Assembly: GCA_963693365.1 (NCBI GenBank)
Contig: CAVNZM010000001.1
Coordinates: 11,062,161 to 11,126,160, forward strand
Source of the DNA: Amoebidium appalachense
Taxonomy: Eukaryota; Protista; Ichthyosporea
Direction of reading: 5' to 3'
Length of the DNA: 64,000 nucleotides
In this document: positions 1-48,525 of the stretch, in pieces
Layout of the letters: each line of letters starts with the position of its first letter
Numbering within the stretch: position 1 is the first letter of the stretch
Notes under the pieces: model-generated
The model's database searches: none
Seen by the model: the letters and a program-made list of their open reading frames with translations, nothing else
What the model was told of the DNA's origin: nothing
Program-made: the position numbers and the translations under genes

Positions 1-348
1 AAAGAAGAAGGAGTTTTCTCTAGAACGAGGCATCAGACGAGCATGATATACACAACGAGATAGTTACCGAGATAACGTTAACTTCGCCGGATATCCAAGG
101 AGGATTGATGGCGTAATCTATCATTAGTCCTTTGGATGACGTCACAAACATTGTTGGTTACATATATTTTTCTTTAATTTTAGTTGATTTGAGTCTTAGT
201 CTAAAGTAGAACATAAACATCAGAGAGAGCAGTTTGGGTTCAGCTGCAGCGGCAAGAGAGAGCAAACAGAAAACCACGTAATCAGAAGAGAGGAAAGCAT
301 ATACGTTATAAGGGTGGAATCTACATCCACAAGGGAAAAGTTTAGAAG

Positions 349-10948
<10,600 letters not shown>

Positions 10949-12753
10949 ACCCCCCCTCTTCCCCCCCCCCCCCCCCCCCCCCCCACCGGCTGCCCACACA
11001 CAAACATGACGAAAACACACACACACTGCCAACCCCCCCCTTCCCCCCCCCCCCCCCCCCCCCCCTTCTCTCCCTCCTGTCTTTCTCCTCGGGTCCCCCC
11101 GCGTGCTTGAAATTTCGTATTTAATATTGGAGGAAAGGAGGTGCGATGTCAGAAGTCTGAGCAATGCTGGTGGTCTTATAAACCGGGGAAAACGTAAAAC
11201 CAAAAAAATCGGTTTCGGCTATATACAAGGAATTTATCTTGTTGATGGAATTTAGACGTAACGGGCTTGTATATAATAGTATCAGTAGTTCGACTCGTAT
11301 GTTTCAGAATATATGGTGAAAACTTCGAGTCTGTATTTCATGTTAGCAGCGGAGTTGTGTTCAAACTTTTGTTTTTTCACCGTTTCCTATAAACCGTGAT
11401 CCGATCGAACCGGATTCGATCTCCAACAACAATAAACATCCTTAAAAAAGTACTTCAGTTTCTCCTTCTTCTGGCATTTACTTCAGTGACGACTTCTACA
11501 AAAGGTTATCCGGCATGTCGAGTAACCGCAAGCTCGAGGCCATTCAGGCTAAATACTACAGTGGAATACAGGTAACCCACCTAAAATAATTAGAACTACT
11601 ACGCAAAACAAGTGCACACAACACACATGCCAGGGCGAATTAATATTACTGAGTCAGGCAGGATTATTATTATGCATGCATGTTAATTTCCGTGGCACCA
11701 TGCAAGTATACATATAGCTATAGATTCGGATTGATCTGAGTACATAACAATCTGTACTTTTGGAAATAGATTGGAACCAGCAGAGGAGGAGGAGGGAGGG
11801 GGGGGGGGGGGGGGGGGGGAGGGGGGGGAGGATCTGTATACTTGATTTTTTGCGTTGAGGGAGTCAGACTCTAGAGGCATGCATGCAGGTAAAGGTAAGC
11901 TTCTGCACGCGCGCTGCCTTTATCACGATTTCTTTGTAACTACTACTCCCGCTAGACCACATATCGAATGCAACTTGAACATTCCGTTCGAAATTACCGC
12001 GGTATCCTTTGCACAACAGACAGACACTTACGCTCGTGAAACTTTGAACACTGACTGATTCCTGAAGACGTTGACGAACTTGACAAGATTGCACTCGTGA
12101 TCTTGGGTATATATACTGTGGATCTTTTGTTTGTAAGTACATCCCACCTTTCTTAAAGAGTTATGGGAGTCATTATGCACAGTGTTTCAAGACCCACCAG
12201 CAGCCGCGGCATCTCTATAGCTAGCGTCTTAGTTGCCAACTCAGTACTCATTACCGGTACAGTAAACCATCGGAGGGTGTTGTGTCTTTTTCACTCGGAT
12301 GCACTAACACACTGCTTGATGTGAAGGTACCACGTGTATTTCGTGGGTGTTGGTTTGACTAATTAGGCCTGCATGCCATGTGAAGTGGCACGTTAATCGA
12401 ACTCTCGGTGACTTTATTTTAATACTGTGTCGCATCGCTGCCTGCGCAAGCGATATAAGGCTTTACAATCATAGTGGTCGACGGGGGGCAAGTGCCCGGC
12501 CCGGCCCGCGAACTTAACTTTCTTTGCTGTATTCCGGTTCGTTATGTGGCATACCTGGCATACATGTCGGTTACAGGCCCTGCTGTCCATGCATGCACAC
12601 AAGGCTTATATATCCTATGATAACAACTTTGCACTTGTTCATGCTATGGGTGACACAGCATATATACTGTAACACATGGTTGTCTCGGGCGTGGCCGGCA
12701 TCTCAAATCCATGGTTATACTGTATTCGCATCAAATTTGCGACTAACTTTGTG

Positions 12754-12963
12754 ATGTCACGCCCACAGGCTGCATCAAACACCAGTTCCCAAGCTACGCA
12801 TAGTGTGTGCCCATACGGTCACTACCTTCGACGCGGCATAGCGCAGACCATCTACTACAACACACAGTATTGCAACGGCTGCAGCTTGGGGATGCCGTAC
12901 GGCACACAGATTCAGCGGTGTGACGTCTGCGACTACGATCTTTGTTCTCGGTGCATGCCTTGA
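12754..12963 (+). CDS. Small ZZ/DC1-like zinc-finger protein (69 aa), or the terminal exon of a longer gene
   Basis: CPYGH...YCNGC...RCDVCDYDLCSRC Cys/His pattern; a branch-point-like GACTAAC (12741) and in-frame CAG (12766-12768) also allow it to be a last exon. Confidence 0.6.
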   Translation: MSRPQAASNTSSQATHSVCPYGHYLRRGIAQTIYYNTQYCNGCSLGMPYGTQIQRCDVCDYDLCSRCMP

Positions 12964-13277
12964 TTTTCCCGGTTCATGCACATCATCAAAGCTCCGGCTT
13001 AGTATATCGATATCGATGTTTTTATTGAATCGTCAGATAATGTGTAGTGTTGCTAACCTGGAAACGTATTTTCGTATAATTATGAAGACTCTGAGGCATG
13101 GCATAATTGCTATATATCATCATGATGATAAATCCTATGCGGTCAGTATGATGTGTGTCACTGCGGCTGTAACAGTTGTGCGTGTACTGTAACAGTAGCA
13201 TGGTGTGTATGTAACAGACGGTTATAGGTGTAACAGTGTGTGTGTGTGTGTGTGGGTGTGGGTGTGGGTGTGTGTGT

Positions 13278-13313
<36 letters not shown>

Positions 13314-13315
<2 letters not shown>

Positions 13316-13591
13316 GGCATTTTAACGAAATTCTAGACTCAAAATTACATTTACTAAGTAAAATTGTATAACGTTATGCAGGTTTGAGCATAACATTATG
13401 CACGTTTCAAAAAATTAAAAATGCAATAACTCGAACCGCGCGACGAAAATGCATCAAAATTTCACAGTTAGTGTGTTTTTATACCCCCTGCACACACACG
13501 TTTAGATAACAGCATAACAGTGTGATCTGGTCAAGCGATCACAAAAAAACATAAAAAAAAACTTTAAAAACACTTTACGTCAAAATTCCTT
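13314..13591. mobile_element. Short AT-rich non-autonomous TIR element inserted in a (TG)n tract (possibly Kolobok-like)
   Basis: Ends AAGGCATTTTAACG / CGTCAAAATTCCTT are a 12-of-14 inverted match; (TG)n on both flanks. Confidence 0.45.
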
Positions 13592-13912
13592 GTGTGTGTG
13601 TGTGTGTGTGGGTGGGTGTATGTGTGTGGGTGGGTGGGTGGGTGGGTGGGTGCCACGGTGACAGGGGGGTGGGGGGGGACATGTGTGTGTTACGGTGTGT
13701 GTGTGTGCGTGTGCACGTGTGTGTATGTGTGTGTGTTTAAAGTGCTACTGTAGCTATAGGGGCTGCTGGGGCCGCTTTTTTTTAGGCACATGCTCGCAAC
13801 TGCCCGCGACCTGGTCCAGGATTTGGGCCAGGAATGTTCATGGATGTTTATTTATTGGTATTGCATACGCTTCCATGATGTGACTTATTTCAACCTTTGG
13901 ATGTATTTCAAA

Positions 13913-13953
<41 letters not shown>

Positions 13954-14054
13954 ACCCGCCCCTCCCCCCGGGAACGGTCATTTCAATGATTTTATTCTCT
14001 ATAGTTATAGGCTTTTTTTTTTGTTTGTTTATTATTATTATTTTTTTTTTCTTT

Positions 14055-14098
<44 letters not shown>

Positions 14099-14517
14099 GG
14101 ATGGGTCTTTTTTATATTTGTTGGGGGGGGGGGGGGGGGGGGGGGATAGGGAGGGCAAAATTAAAAGTTCTTTTTTATGTGACGGAAGTTCGTTGTTTCT
14201 CTCTTTTTTTCAGGGATTCCTTCTCTGCAATTCCTGAAGTGTCTCTCTTTAGTTTTAGTCTTTTTGCCGTTTCTAGATCTTTCGTTCTTCCCTTATGTGG
14301 CTCTGGGGTATTGACTTAATCATCGGATGGAGCGGCCACTAAAGGTTTGAATGTCTATGATCCCCTAATAGCCATATATTGTAATCCATTATTGGCCGAA
14401 GCCTCCAGGAGCAAACAAGCACTGGGTTCCTTGTTACAGTTCACCAACTTAAAGGCCTTGGGCCATTCAAGTCGGCTTTCATTTTAAGTAATATCAGGAA
14501 CTTTGGTTCTTCCCCCC

Positions 14518-14549
<32 letters not shown>

Positions 14550-15156
14550 AAAAAAAAAAAAGAAGAAGAAGAAGAAGAAGAAGAAGGAGGAGGAGGAGAA
14601 GAAGAAGGGTGCCGGCCACACCACCACACAGCATGAAGAGAAAAAAGCAGAGGGGAAGGGGGGGGGGGGGGGGGGGGGGGGGGGGGTCCCGGAGAGGAGA
14701 GCCTCGGCGTTGCGTATATGCGTACCTGAATTCGAAGAACGTGTCATGATGTGTGTGGACAGGATGGGTCGAATGTCACGGTGGTGGCCGCAGAATGAGT
14801 GCGAGTGAGCGAATGAGTGAATGAGTGCGTGAGTGAGTGAGTGAGTGAGTGCATGCGTGAGTGAGTGAGTGAGTGAGTGAGTGAGTGTGTGTGTGTGTGT
14901 GTGAGAGAGAGAGTGTGTGTGTGAGAGAGAGAGAGTGTGTGTGTGTGTGTGTGTGACTGAGTGAGTGAGTGATTCGAGCGAGCAAGCAAGCAAGTGAGTA
15001 AGTGAGCTGTTGAATGAGTGAGTGTGTCACATTGTGGTGCATGCTTGTGCGTTCATGGGCAAACAGTGGTGTTTGTGGAACAGACCGGTATTTTACGATT
15101 GCACAACTGGTATGGCGATGCCTGAACAACTTACCACCACCATATGCAGGCAATAC

Positions 15157-15191
<35 letters not shown>

Positions 15192-15686
15192 CAAATAATG
15201 GATTCTATAATTTCGATTGGGGCATCAGACAGGGCTAAGAATGGATATATAGTACAGTGGCCAGTGGCACAACGAGACAGTCGCTGAGATAGCTTCACCG
15301 GATATCCAACTAGATATAGCAAAAACGAGAATTCCACCCTAAGAGAAGTAACTCAAGGTGCACGTATGGGCGCAACTTCGGGGTGTCAAATTGCTAGCCA
15401 TGCAAGAGTAAATTGCTTAGAAAAGGTTTTTTACATGTACTTCTTGCTATTCAACAAATAGTCTAAGCGATACTCTCTCGGTGTCGATATCAAATACGCA
15501 ATTTCTGACGTTCGGTGACATATTGTATCGACGACTTATCAAATTCGAAGTCACCATGCATGTCGTTATGTTCCAGTTGAAACAAGTTTAGACGAGCTAT
15601 GTACAAGGGACAAACCAAGGGACCGCTCATCAGATTGGTTCCTACGATTATTATTACTCCCCTTCGCATATGCATGTAGGCATCCA

Positions 15687-16494
15687 TAATCAAAGCAACC
15701 ACCTCTTCTTCCATTTTAAGCCCTGATCGAGGTAGATCCGATCGAGAATGTCCGACTGCCCTGGCTGTAATTTTGGCGGGAAAAGTGTGCACAGAATGAC
15801 GTCACATCCTCGATATTTAATAGGATCGAGGATTCATATGTTACTTGGTTTCATACTCAATATCCTTTGCTTCATCGTTGTGATTAAGAGTATTTATGGT
15901 AGGGCTTTTGAGCCTGTGCTTCGTTTTATATTAGAGACTCATCTATTTTCTTTACAATCGTTGTGTAAATTAGCTGCTTATATTTATCCTTCCTCTCGTA
16001 ACCCTACCACACTTATCGATTTTGCAATTCTAACCCCTCTTTGTGATATAGCTTGGAAATGTTTATTTTGGCGCTGTAACCTTTGTTTCCATAAATGTTT
16101 GTGCCACTTTTGTGCAGAACCTTTTTCTCGTAAACACTTAGATAGATGTATTTATTTATCTCAGATTATTCCGTTAGAAATTAGAAGACTGGCTTATTTA
16201 GATAATCATGATATTACGTGTATTGACTATCTGTTGAACCACGGTATGTTTAACGAGTTTTCTAGGGTGTATGATTATTTAAGTCGTTATCTCCTCCGTA
16301 TCCGAGAGTGAGGGCTTTTGTATCTTCTTCTCGGAGATATCGGTGATATCTCGATGGCTTCTATTTTGCTGAGCATATCAATAAAGCCATTATAAAAAAA
16401 GGATTTCATGAGCCGCGCCAGGGCAATCTGTCACCCTCAATCGGACTTACCTCAATCAGGGTTCAAAATGGAAGAAGCGGTGGTTGCATTATTA
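15687..16494. mobile_element. Inverted-repeat (MITE-like) element with ~80-bp imperfect TIRs (15687-15765 / 16417-16494) carrying a LINE fragment
   Basis: GCAACCACCTCTTCTTCCATTTTAAGCCCTGATCGAGGTAGATCCGAT matches the reverse complement of ATCGGACTTACCTCAATCAGGGTTCAAAATGGAAGAAGCGGTGGTTGC. Confidence 0.7.
15839..16400 (+). mobile_element. 3' fragment of a non-LTR retrotransposon (C-terminal Cys/His region, ORF ends 16311, AATAAA and short A-tail)
   Basis: LAAYIYPSSR...WRCNLCFHKCLCHFCAEPFSRKHLDRC resembles LAGYISPGVR...CNFCFHRRWCQLRNFFNRKHVDRC of the RT-bearing element at 53890-54060; AATAAA at 16380, A-run to 16400. Confidence 0.7.
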
Positions 16495-17085
16495 AAGTGC
16501 TCCACAGTATGATGGGGTATTGGGAAATTTGTGGTTGCGTGCAGGCCTAGTTTGGGCTAGAGTTGTGGGTAGGTACACTGGAAGCCCTTCAAATGTTACA
16601 AAAACAGCTGGGCGACTACCCCATTTATACTTTAACCGGACGTGCATAGCACCGTAAGACACCAAAAAATCAGTAACTTTACTAAAGGTTCACACCTTCG
16701 TGTGATATCTTGAAATTTCAGAAAAAACGTTTTCGCATGCACACATGCACCGGAAATACCATACATACGACTATTGACTGGTACCTTGTGCAGTCAAAAA
16801 GCCAATACATATACACGGGTCGGATTTTCAGATGGGTGGAAAACCCGATATTATAGGTACCAAGTCAACGTATTCAAACATACTTTTAATTAATTCCTGG
16901 TAATAGGCGTGCAAGAACACAATATTTCTAAAAAGCATACTTACGTGTCATTGGTGCTTTATCATACATTATAATCAATGTTGTGGAGGCCAGTTAGCAA
17001 AACACCTATTTCTGTTCGAAAACAAAACCGTGTCAGACATGATATATTGCGGTTTTCATAATAAATATTGCTAAATTCTCAATTA

Positions 17086-17131
<46 letters not shown>

Positions 17132-17358
17132 ACCTTCCAAAAAAACAAGAAAACAAACAAACAAACAAAAAACAATCAACTTGGAAAAAAACAAAACACA
17201 GGTAGGCTTTCATACACATTCACCCACCCACACACCCAAATTTTTCATACGAGCATCGACATCCCATCGCCTTCTGAAAGAAACCAATCAGCTCTCCTTT
17301 TTCCACACCCTGGCCACATTCACCTAACAACAACCCATTCACCACACATACACACGAT

Positions 17359-43370
<26,012 letters not shown>

Positions 43371-43575
43371 GTTTCTCTGTCCCTAGCCACACACACTCAA
43401 GGGAGGGAGTGCATGTGGGGTACACTACAAACTTAGAATGGGTGATTTCCGCTGGATAGATCCCATCTTTTCCTGAGTTACAAATACTTTCTCGCAAATA
43501 ATCTGTTATAACCGGAGAGAAGAACGTTAACCTGATTAAAGAGTTATTCCTTCAAATATGTTGGAATCCAACAGT

Positions 43576-43622
43576 GAAACGATGCTCGTGCGCTCTTTGA
43601 AACGATGCTCGTGCGCTCTTTG
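43576..43622. repeat. Direct tandem duplication of ~23 bp upstream of the RELCH start
   Basis: TGAAACGATGCTCGTGCGCTCTT occurs twice in tandem. Confidence 0.85.
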
Positions 43623-44159
43623 ATCAGTAGCACTCGGGATCCTTGAATATTTGTCCCAAGCGAACTACAAAAAAATAGTACGGCTAAAGGCTACAATCGC
43701 CTGTTGCCTCCTTGTATATTCTCTCGCGCTTTTTGTCTTCCTTGTATAAAGTGTCTACCAAGCAACCATGACACATGGTTTTTTCACACTTGTGTCAACT
43801 CAGTGACGGGCAAACCCTCCCACCCTGTCACAGTGTCGGCGTATCAACTTCGCGAAGTTCCGAAGCGGACTGACTGTTTTGTTTACAGGGTGTGAAATTT
43901 AGTGTAGTGTTGCAGTGTTTGTTGGTCTGAAACTGGCACCACATGTCAGCTGGCGCCTTATCACAGGCTCAAATGTGGCAGTAATAAACAAAACGTTTCC
44001 ACCTATTATGAGTTTGAACACATACAAACCACTTTACCATTTTTTTCTTTTAAATGCTTCGGGTATATTGCTCGTTACTGGAAATATGGTCCTTGTAATT
44101 ATAAGCTTCTTTTACAAGTGGCCCCAAGTATTCACCAAAAGTTCCTACCCTGATACAAT

Positions 44160-44700
44160 TTTGACCCAGGTTACGATATTCCGAGCGTCGGGGTGTGATC
44201 TGATTGGATGACGACACGACCTTTAACTTCAGTTAGTCTTGCCGTGATTGGCCTAGAGCGCACTCACCGAAATAACCAGGCTATGGACATTTCTATTGGG
44301 TTAGAGGAATCGAATAACCGGGTTAATGGGTGAGTGCGCAGCTAGCCAATCAAAGCGATCACTAGGAAAATGTAAGCCTGAAATGTGAATGTAATGATAT
44401 ATGAATCAAATAACCGAGTTAAAGTTTGCATAATGTATCAATAAAGTGAATTTTTTATGGGTCATATCGTAACCGGATCATGTCGGCTCGTGTCCTCGCT
44501 CGACCTCGTTATTTCGGCTCGCCTTGTCGATTATTTTGGCTCGCCTATCGGCTCGCCAAAATAACCGACGGCTCGCCGAAATAACTTCGGTTTCGCTCGG
44601 CCACTCGCCCCATGACTCCTGATCACCCCGACTCACCCGGATCAAATATCACCTATTTTGGTTATGACCCCATCACTTCCCGCGATTTGATTGGTTACGA
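44160..44700. mobile_element. Non-autonomous element with nested inverted repeats and a long mismatched hairpin (possibly Crypton-like)
   Basis: GGTTACGATAT (44169) / ATATCGTAACC (44464) inverted pair; GGGTCATA / TATGACCC; repeated TGATTGG; hairpin 44479-44614 built from GCTCGCC units. Confidence 0.45.
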
Positions 44701-45969
44701 GGTATCTAACAAGTTAGTAACAACTTTCTTTTTGAAGCGCTCCGCGTCTTACAAACGCACGAAGTGTAAACTGAAATGTGCAAACAACAAAAAATAACCC
44801 ACAAAAACGTACCCACAAGCTGCAGTAAAGTGTATATCAAGCGCCCGGGTGTATATACGTACGCTATTAACTTCATATCATGTCTATAAAGTATTTATTT
44901 TCTCTGTGCCTTTTCTTAACCCTTTCGCTTGGGAATGTGTATTCAAGATCCCCTACTAGATAGAATAGCACACAACACCGTTTGAACAACAACACAATAA
45001 CTTACGTAGTAACAGAGCTCTTGAGCGATTGTTTTGGCCCGTTCGGTTACACACATAAAATAACCACCTGAAACTTGTTAAATCCCACACCGAAAACGTC
45101 AAAAGGCCCTAGAGGTCCGTCCTCACATCACAAAACCTGAAAATTGCCTGAGAGCTCGAGAGTGGTGGATTCAAAGTAGGTGTTTCCGTGGAAGGTTGGT
45201 TCCCCCCCAATTGCAACTTTTTGTTTCTGATTTTTTCTGTCTTAGCGCGTATTTGTAGCCTCAAGCATGTGGTTACTTTTTTTGCGTAAGGAAACTGCTT
45301 TCACTGAAGGAAACTATCACACTACGGGCATCACCGTTTGATGAGCAGTGGCAAGCAACTGCTCAACACTCACACGCTAACTGTGTCGTTCGTTTCTGAC
45401 AAGGGCAAATTGAGTTTGTGATTTCTCGGCAGTAGTAACACCTTGCATGCCTGGATGGTGCTTTGGACTTAGACAGGGGGCATTCAGGGAAAGAAAAACT
45501 AAATACGGACCGGAAGATGGTTAGGCCTGTCGAGGGAGGAAAGGGAAAGAGGTGAAACGTTTGGTAAAAACGGTAGGTCATGAGAGTCAGTGCCGACATG
45601 AACGCTGTAAAAGGAAAGCCGTTTATTTCCGTTTGTTTGTTTGTTTGTTTGTTAGCACTGCTTAGCCCAATCAAAGCATTCCTTCTTCTGCCTTTATTCA
45701 TGTGTCCGGGCTTCGACTTTTGATTCACCGCTTGTGTGCATTCTGTGCCCAAAGGTCCCTCCCATACATACAGTTGGGACTTCGGGGGTGGCAGGGGGGT
45801 GGCGTTGCTGAGAGGACGGAACGAGTGAGGGGAAGGAGGGCCAAGGGGTGGGGGGGGGGGGGGGGGGTTGCTGCTAGCAGAGATGGAGAAAACGAGTGGG
45901 GAAGAGGGGACATGGGGCAGGGGGGGGGGGGGGGGGGGGGGGGGGCTGCACATCAATATTGCAATTGAT

Positions 45970-46120
45970 ATGTCGAAGTTGTGTGAGTGATGCGGTGTTG
46001 CCGCAGTTCTTTTTTTCGAACACGGCCGAGACACAGTATTTTTATAAAAAAGATGTCGAAGTTGTGTGAGTGATGCGGTGTTGCTGCAGTTCTTTTTTTC
46101 GAACACGGCCGAGGCACATT
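45970..46120. repeat. Tandem duplication of ~65 bp
   Basis: ATGTCGAAGTTGTGTGAGTGATGCGGTGTTGC(C/T)GCAGTTCTTTTTTTCGAACACGGCCGAG at 45970 and 46053. Confidence 0.9.
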
Positions 46121-46744
46121 CTTTTTATTCTTTTCTTGCCCTCTCACTCCCATCCAGCCCCCCTTCCATATTCTCTGAGCAGTTTCTCTCCCTCTGGGCC
46201 GTGTTGCCAATCTGCTCTCACCACTAATATGTTGTTGCTTCTTTCTCCCCTCCGTTTTATTCTCACATGACCTCAAAGTCGCCTTTTTTTGTGCAAAAGG
46301 CCCACTCACCATTCACCTATGTTTCTGAGATTTCTTGTGCGCGTTTATGGGATATTTTTGTTGTCTGTTTGTGAGGCGCCTTTCATTGAACCGTGACAAA
46401 CGTTTGCCACAGACGAGCTTTGAGCATGTCGTAAGTGAGCAATTCCCGGGCAAAATTGCTTCTAGGCTCAGTCAGTCGCACATGTATGCTCCGACTCTGG
46501 GGCACATCTGTATCATCAACACTATCCTTTAGAGAAAACGTCGAGAGCAAGAGAAGCAAACTGGAAGCTGGCGGCATTCACTGATATTAAGTGTCGTCAG
46601 GTTTACGTCAACAGGTTATGTACATACATGTATATATAAGGAATACAAGAAAAAGAAACGAGGAGCAAGTGTTCAGAAAAGTATTCATCAAATGGGCTTA
46701 GTCATGCCATAGTGTGCCCAATTCTCAGCCACCATCTCCATGTA

Positions 46745-47433
46745 TCAAGCGGCTGCTCCTCCCATTTTCCACGTGCGAATTTTAACATCGGGCTTGGTAG
46801 CTGATCGTTGCTTGTAGGTGGGCTTGTGCCTTGGCTTGAGGACACACGTCGGTGGCAACCACTCGTCGGAAAGCAGAACCTGCTGCAATGGACGGTCAGT
46901 CACTTGGTACAGAGAAGTTTTTCTCAACATGCACATTACTAGAAAATAGCAACAAGCTTGAGAACATCGTCGTGCTTGTGAACATGCCTCAGGCCCCCTG
47001 CTATCTTGGTTTTTTCAAGAGACTACTGATCTGCACTGCCCAACAGCCCGCCAAAGTTTGCCAAATAAACTCGTGATTCAATTTTTTTGACCAAGCTGGG
47101 CGCCATGGTGTTTCAGCACAAAAACTCACCTCTAAGACAGTCGTCTGCTTCTGGTATCCTTCCCAAGAATGGCACATCCGCTTGCAGGGGGACTTCACTT
47201 TTTCGCTCTGGGGATTCTTCCGCGCATTCAGCTACGGCCCCTTCGAGATTCGTTGGCTCACTTTCTAGCACCCTTACCCAGTTATAACCAGCGCCTGCAG
47301 CAGTTGGCCGCTCAGCTGAAAAATCGAAATTCCATGTTTCAGTCTGCTTGGCTTGAAGGTCTGCAAGTTCCGTTGACAGCTCGGAGGAAACTGCTGCTGG
47401 ATCGCTGCCAAAAAGGTTTCTTGCTGTATGCAT
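46745..47433 (-). CDS. Cip/Kip-type cyclin-dependent kinase inhibitor (CDI domain); main exon 47130-47433, 3' exon uncertain (possible stops near 47001, 46781 or 46745)
   Basis: MHTARNLFGSDPAAVSSELSTELADLQAKQTETWNFDFSAERPTAAGAGYNWVRV reproduces the p27/p57 pattern RNLFG...WNFDF....P....Y.W..V; GTGAGT donor after 47130. Confidence 0.82.
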
Positions 47434-48392
47434 TATGGCTTCTGGCACAGAGCCTGCCTGAGTACAGCTGACGTTTACTTACACTGATGCAGTAACTTCG
47501 TTGAACCTCGTTGATCATGTAGTTAGAGCTCCTATTTGTGTGGTTCAGAAAGCACGAAGCTGACTCAAAATCAAGCTGCTTAAAAGCTTTTGATAATAAT
47601 TTGCTAATTTTGCAGTTGGACACAACTTCCCAAGTTGAACTAAGCACCACCTCAATAAAAGGGCAAAATAAGCCTATTTTTCTCAGCTACTATAGCTGGA
47701 TGTTTCAAGCGTGTGTGTGTGAAGGGAGCGTTAGCGAAAACCTACGCTGTCACTCTCGCTGTCACCCTTTGAGCGGTGCCACGGTTTTGATGAAAACGGT
47801 TAGGCTACGTCGACTTCGTGCTGTGTGAATAACGGTCAGAAAATGGCGCACCGAGGCATTTGCCGGCATCAAGAACCAACCGGCTTTCGTGAATGACGCA
47901 TGGCGTCAAATACCGCCATGAGCGATGCAAATTGGTACGTTTTTCAGATAGATATACCCTAAATGGTTGTAATATTGTGTGCATTGTTTAGCTCTTATTA
48001 AAATAGAAGTGAAAGTTTTGTGCTTTTACATATGTTTTACTGTATATACTGAATTAACGAGGCAATATTGCAGTTTGTTTTTCAAAAGCAGTAGCACGTT
48101 GTATCAATGTCAGGCCTTCCTATCCCTGATCATTTTACCCTCCTTCTTGCATTCGGTTGGAGCCCGCTCCCTATTGGCTTTTGTGCGCCTATATATGGAA
48201 AGTGTTCGGGAAAGCCGGCTCTTTACCATATTTGGGTCAAATCGGCGCACCTTCGTCATTCTTGAGTCACCGTGACCCCGACCTTGCACCCGTTGTGTGA
48301 CACCGACACCGCCGTCCTGAAAAGGTTTTACATACTCCACTCTAGTCTATTAAAGTTTACATGCTCCACTTGAGTATGATGCGTTTTTTTTA

Positions 48393-48525
48393 GCTTCGTT
48401 TTGTTCTTTTATATCTGTTACTTTGTTTTGGGATGTGCAGTGTTTCCCCTTCAGCTTCGTTTTGTTCTTCAAGTTATATCTGTTACTTTGTTTTGGGATG
48501 TGCAGCTGCAGGAATTCCCCTTCAG
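48393..48525. repeat. Tandem duplication of ~60 bp
   Basis: AGCTTCGTTTTGTTCTT..TATATCTGTTACTTTGTTTTGGGATGTGCAG..TTCCCCTTCAG occurs twice. Confidence 0.85.

Noticed and set aside
15787-15804. 18-mer GTGCACAGAATGACGTCA shared with 24617-24634
   Set aside because: No extension on either side; compatible with chance.
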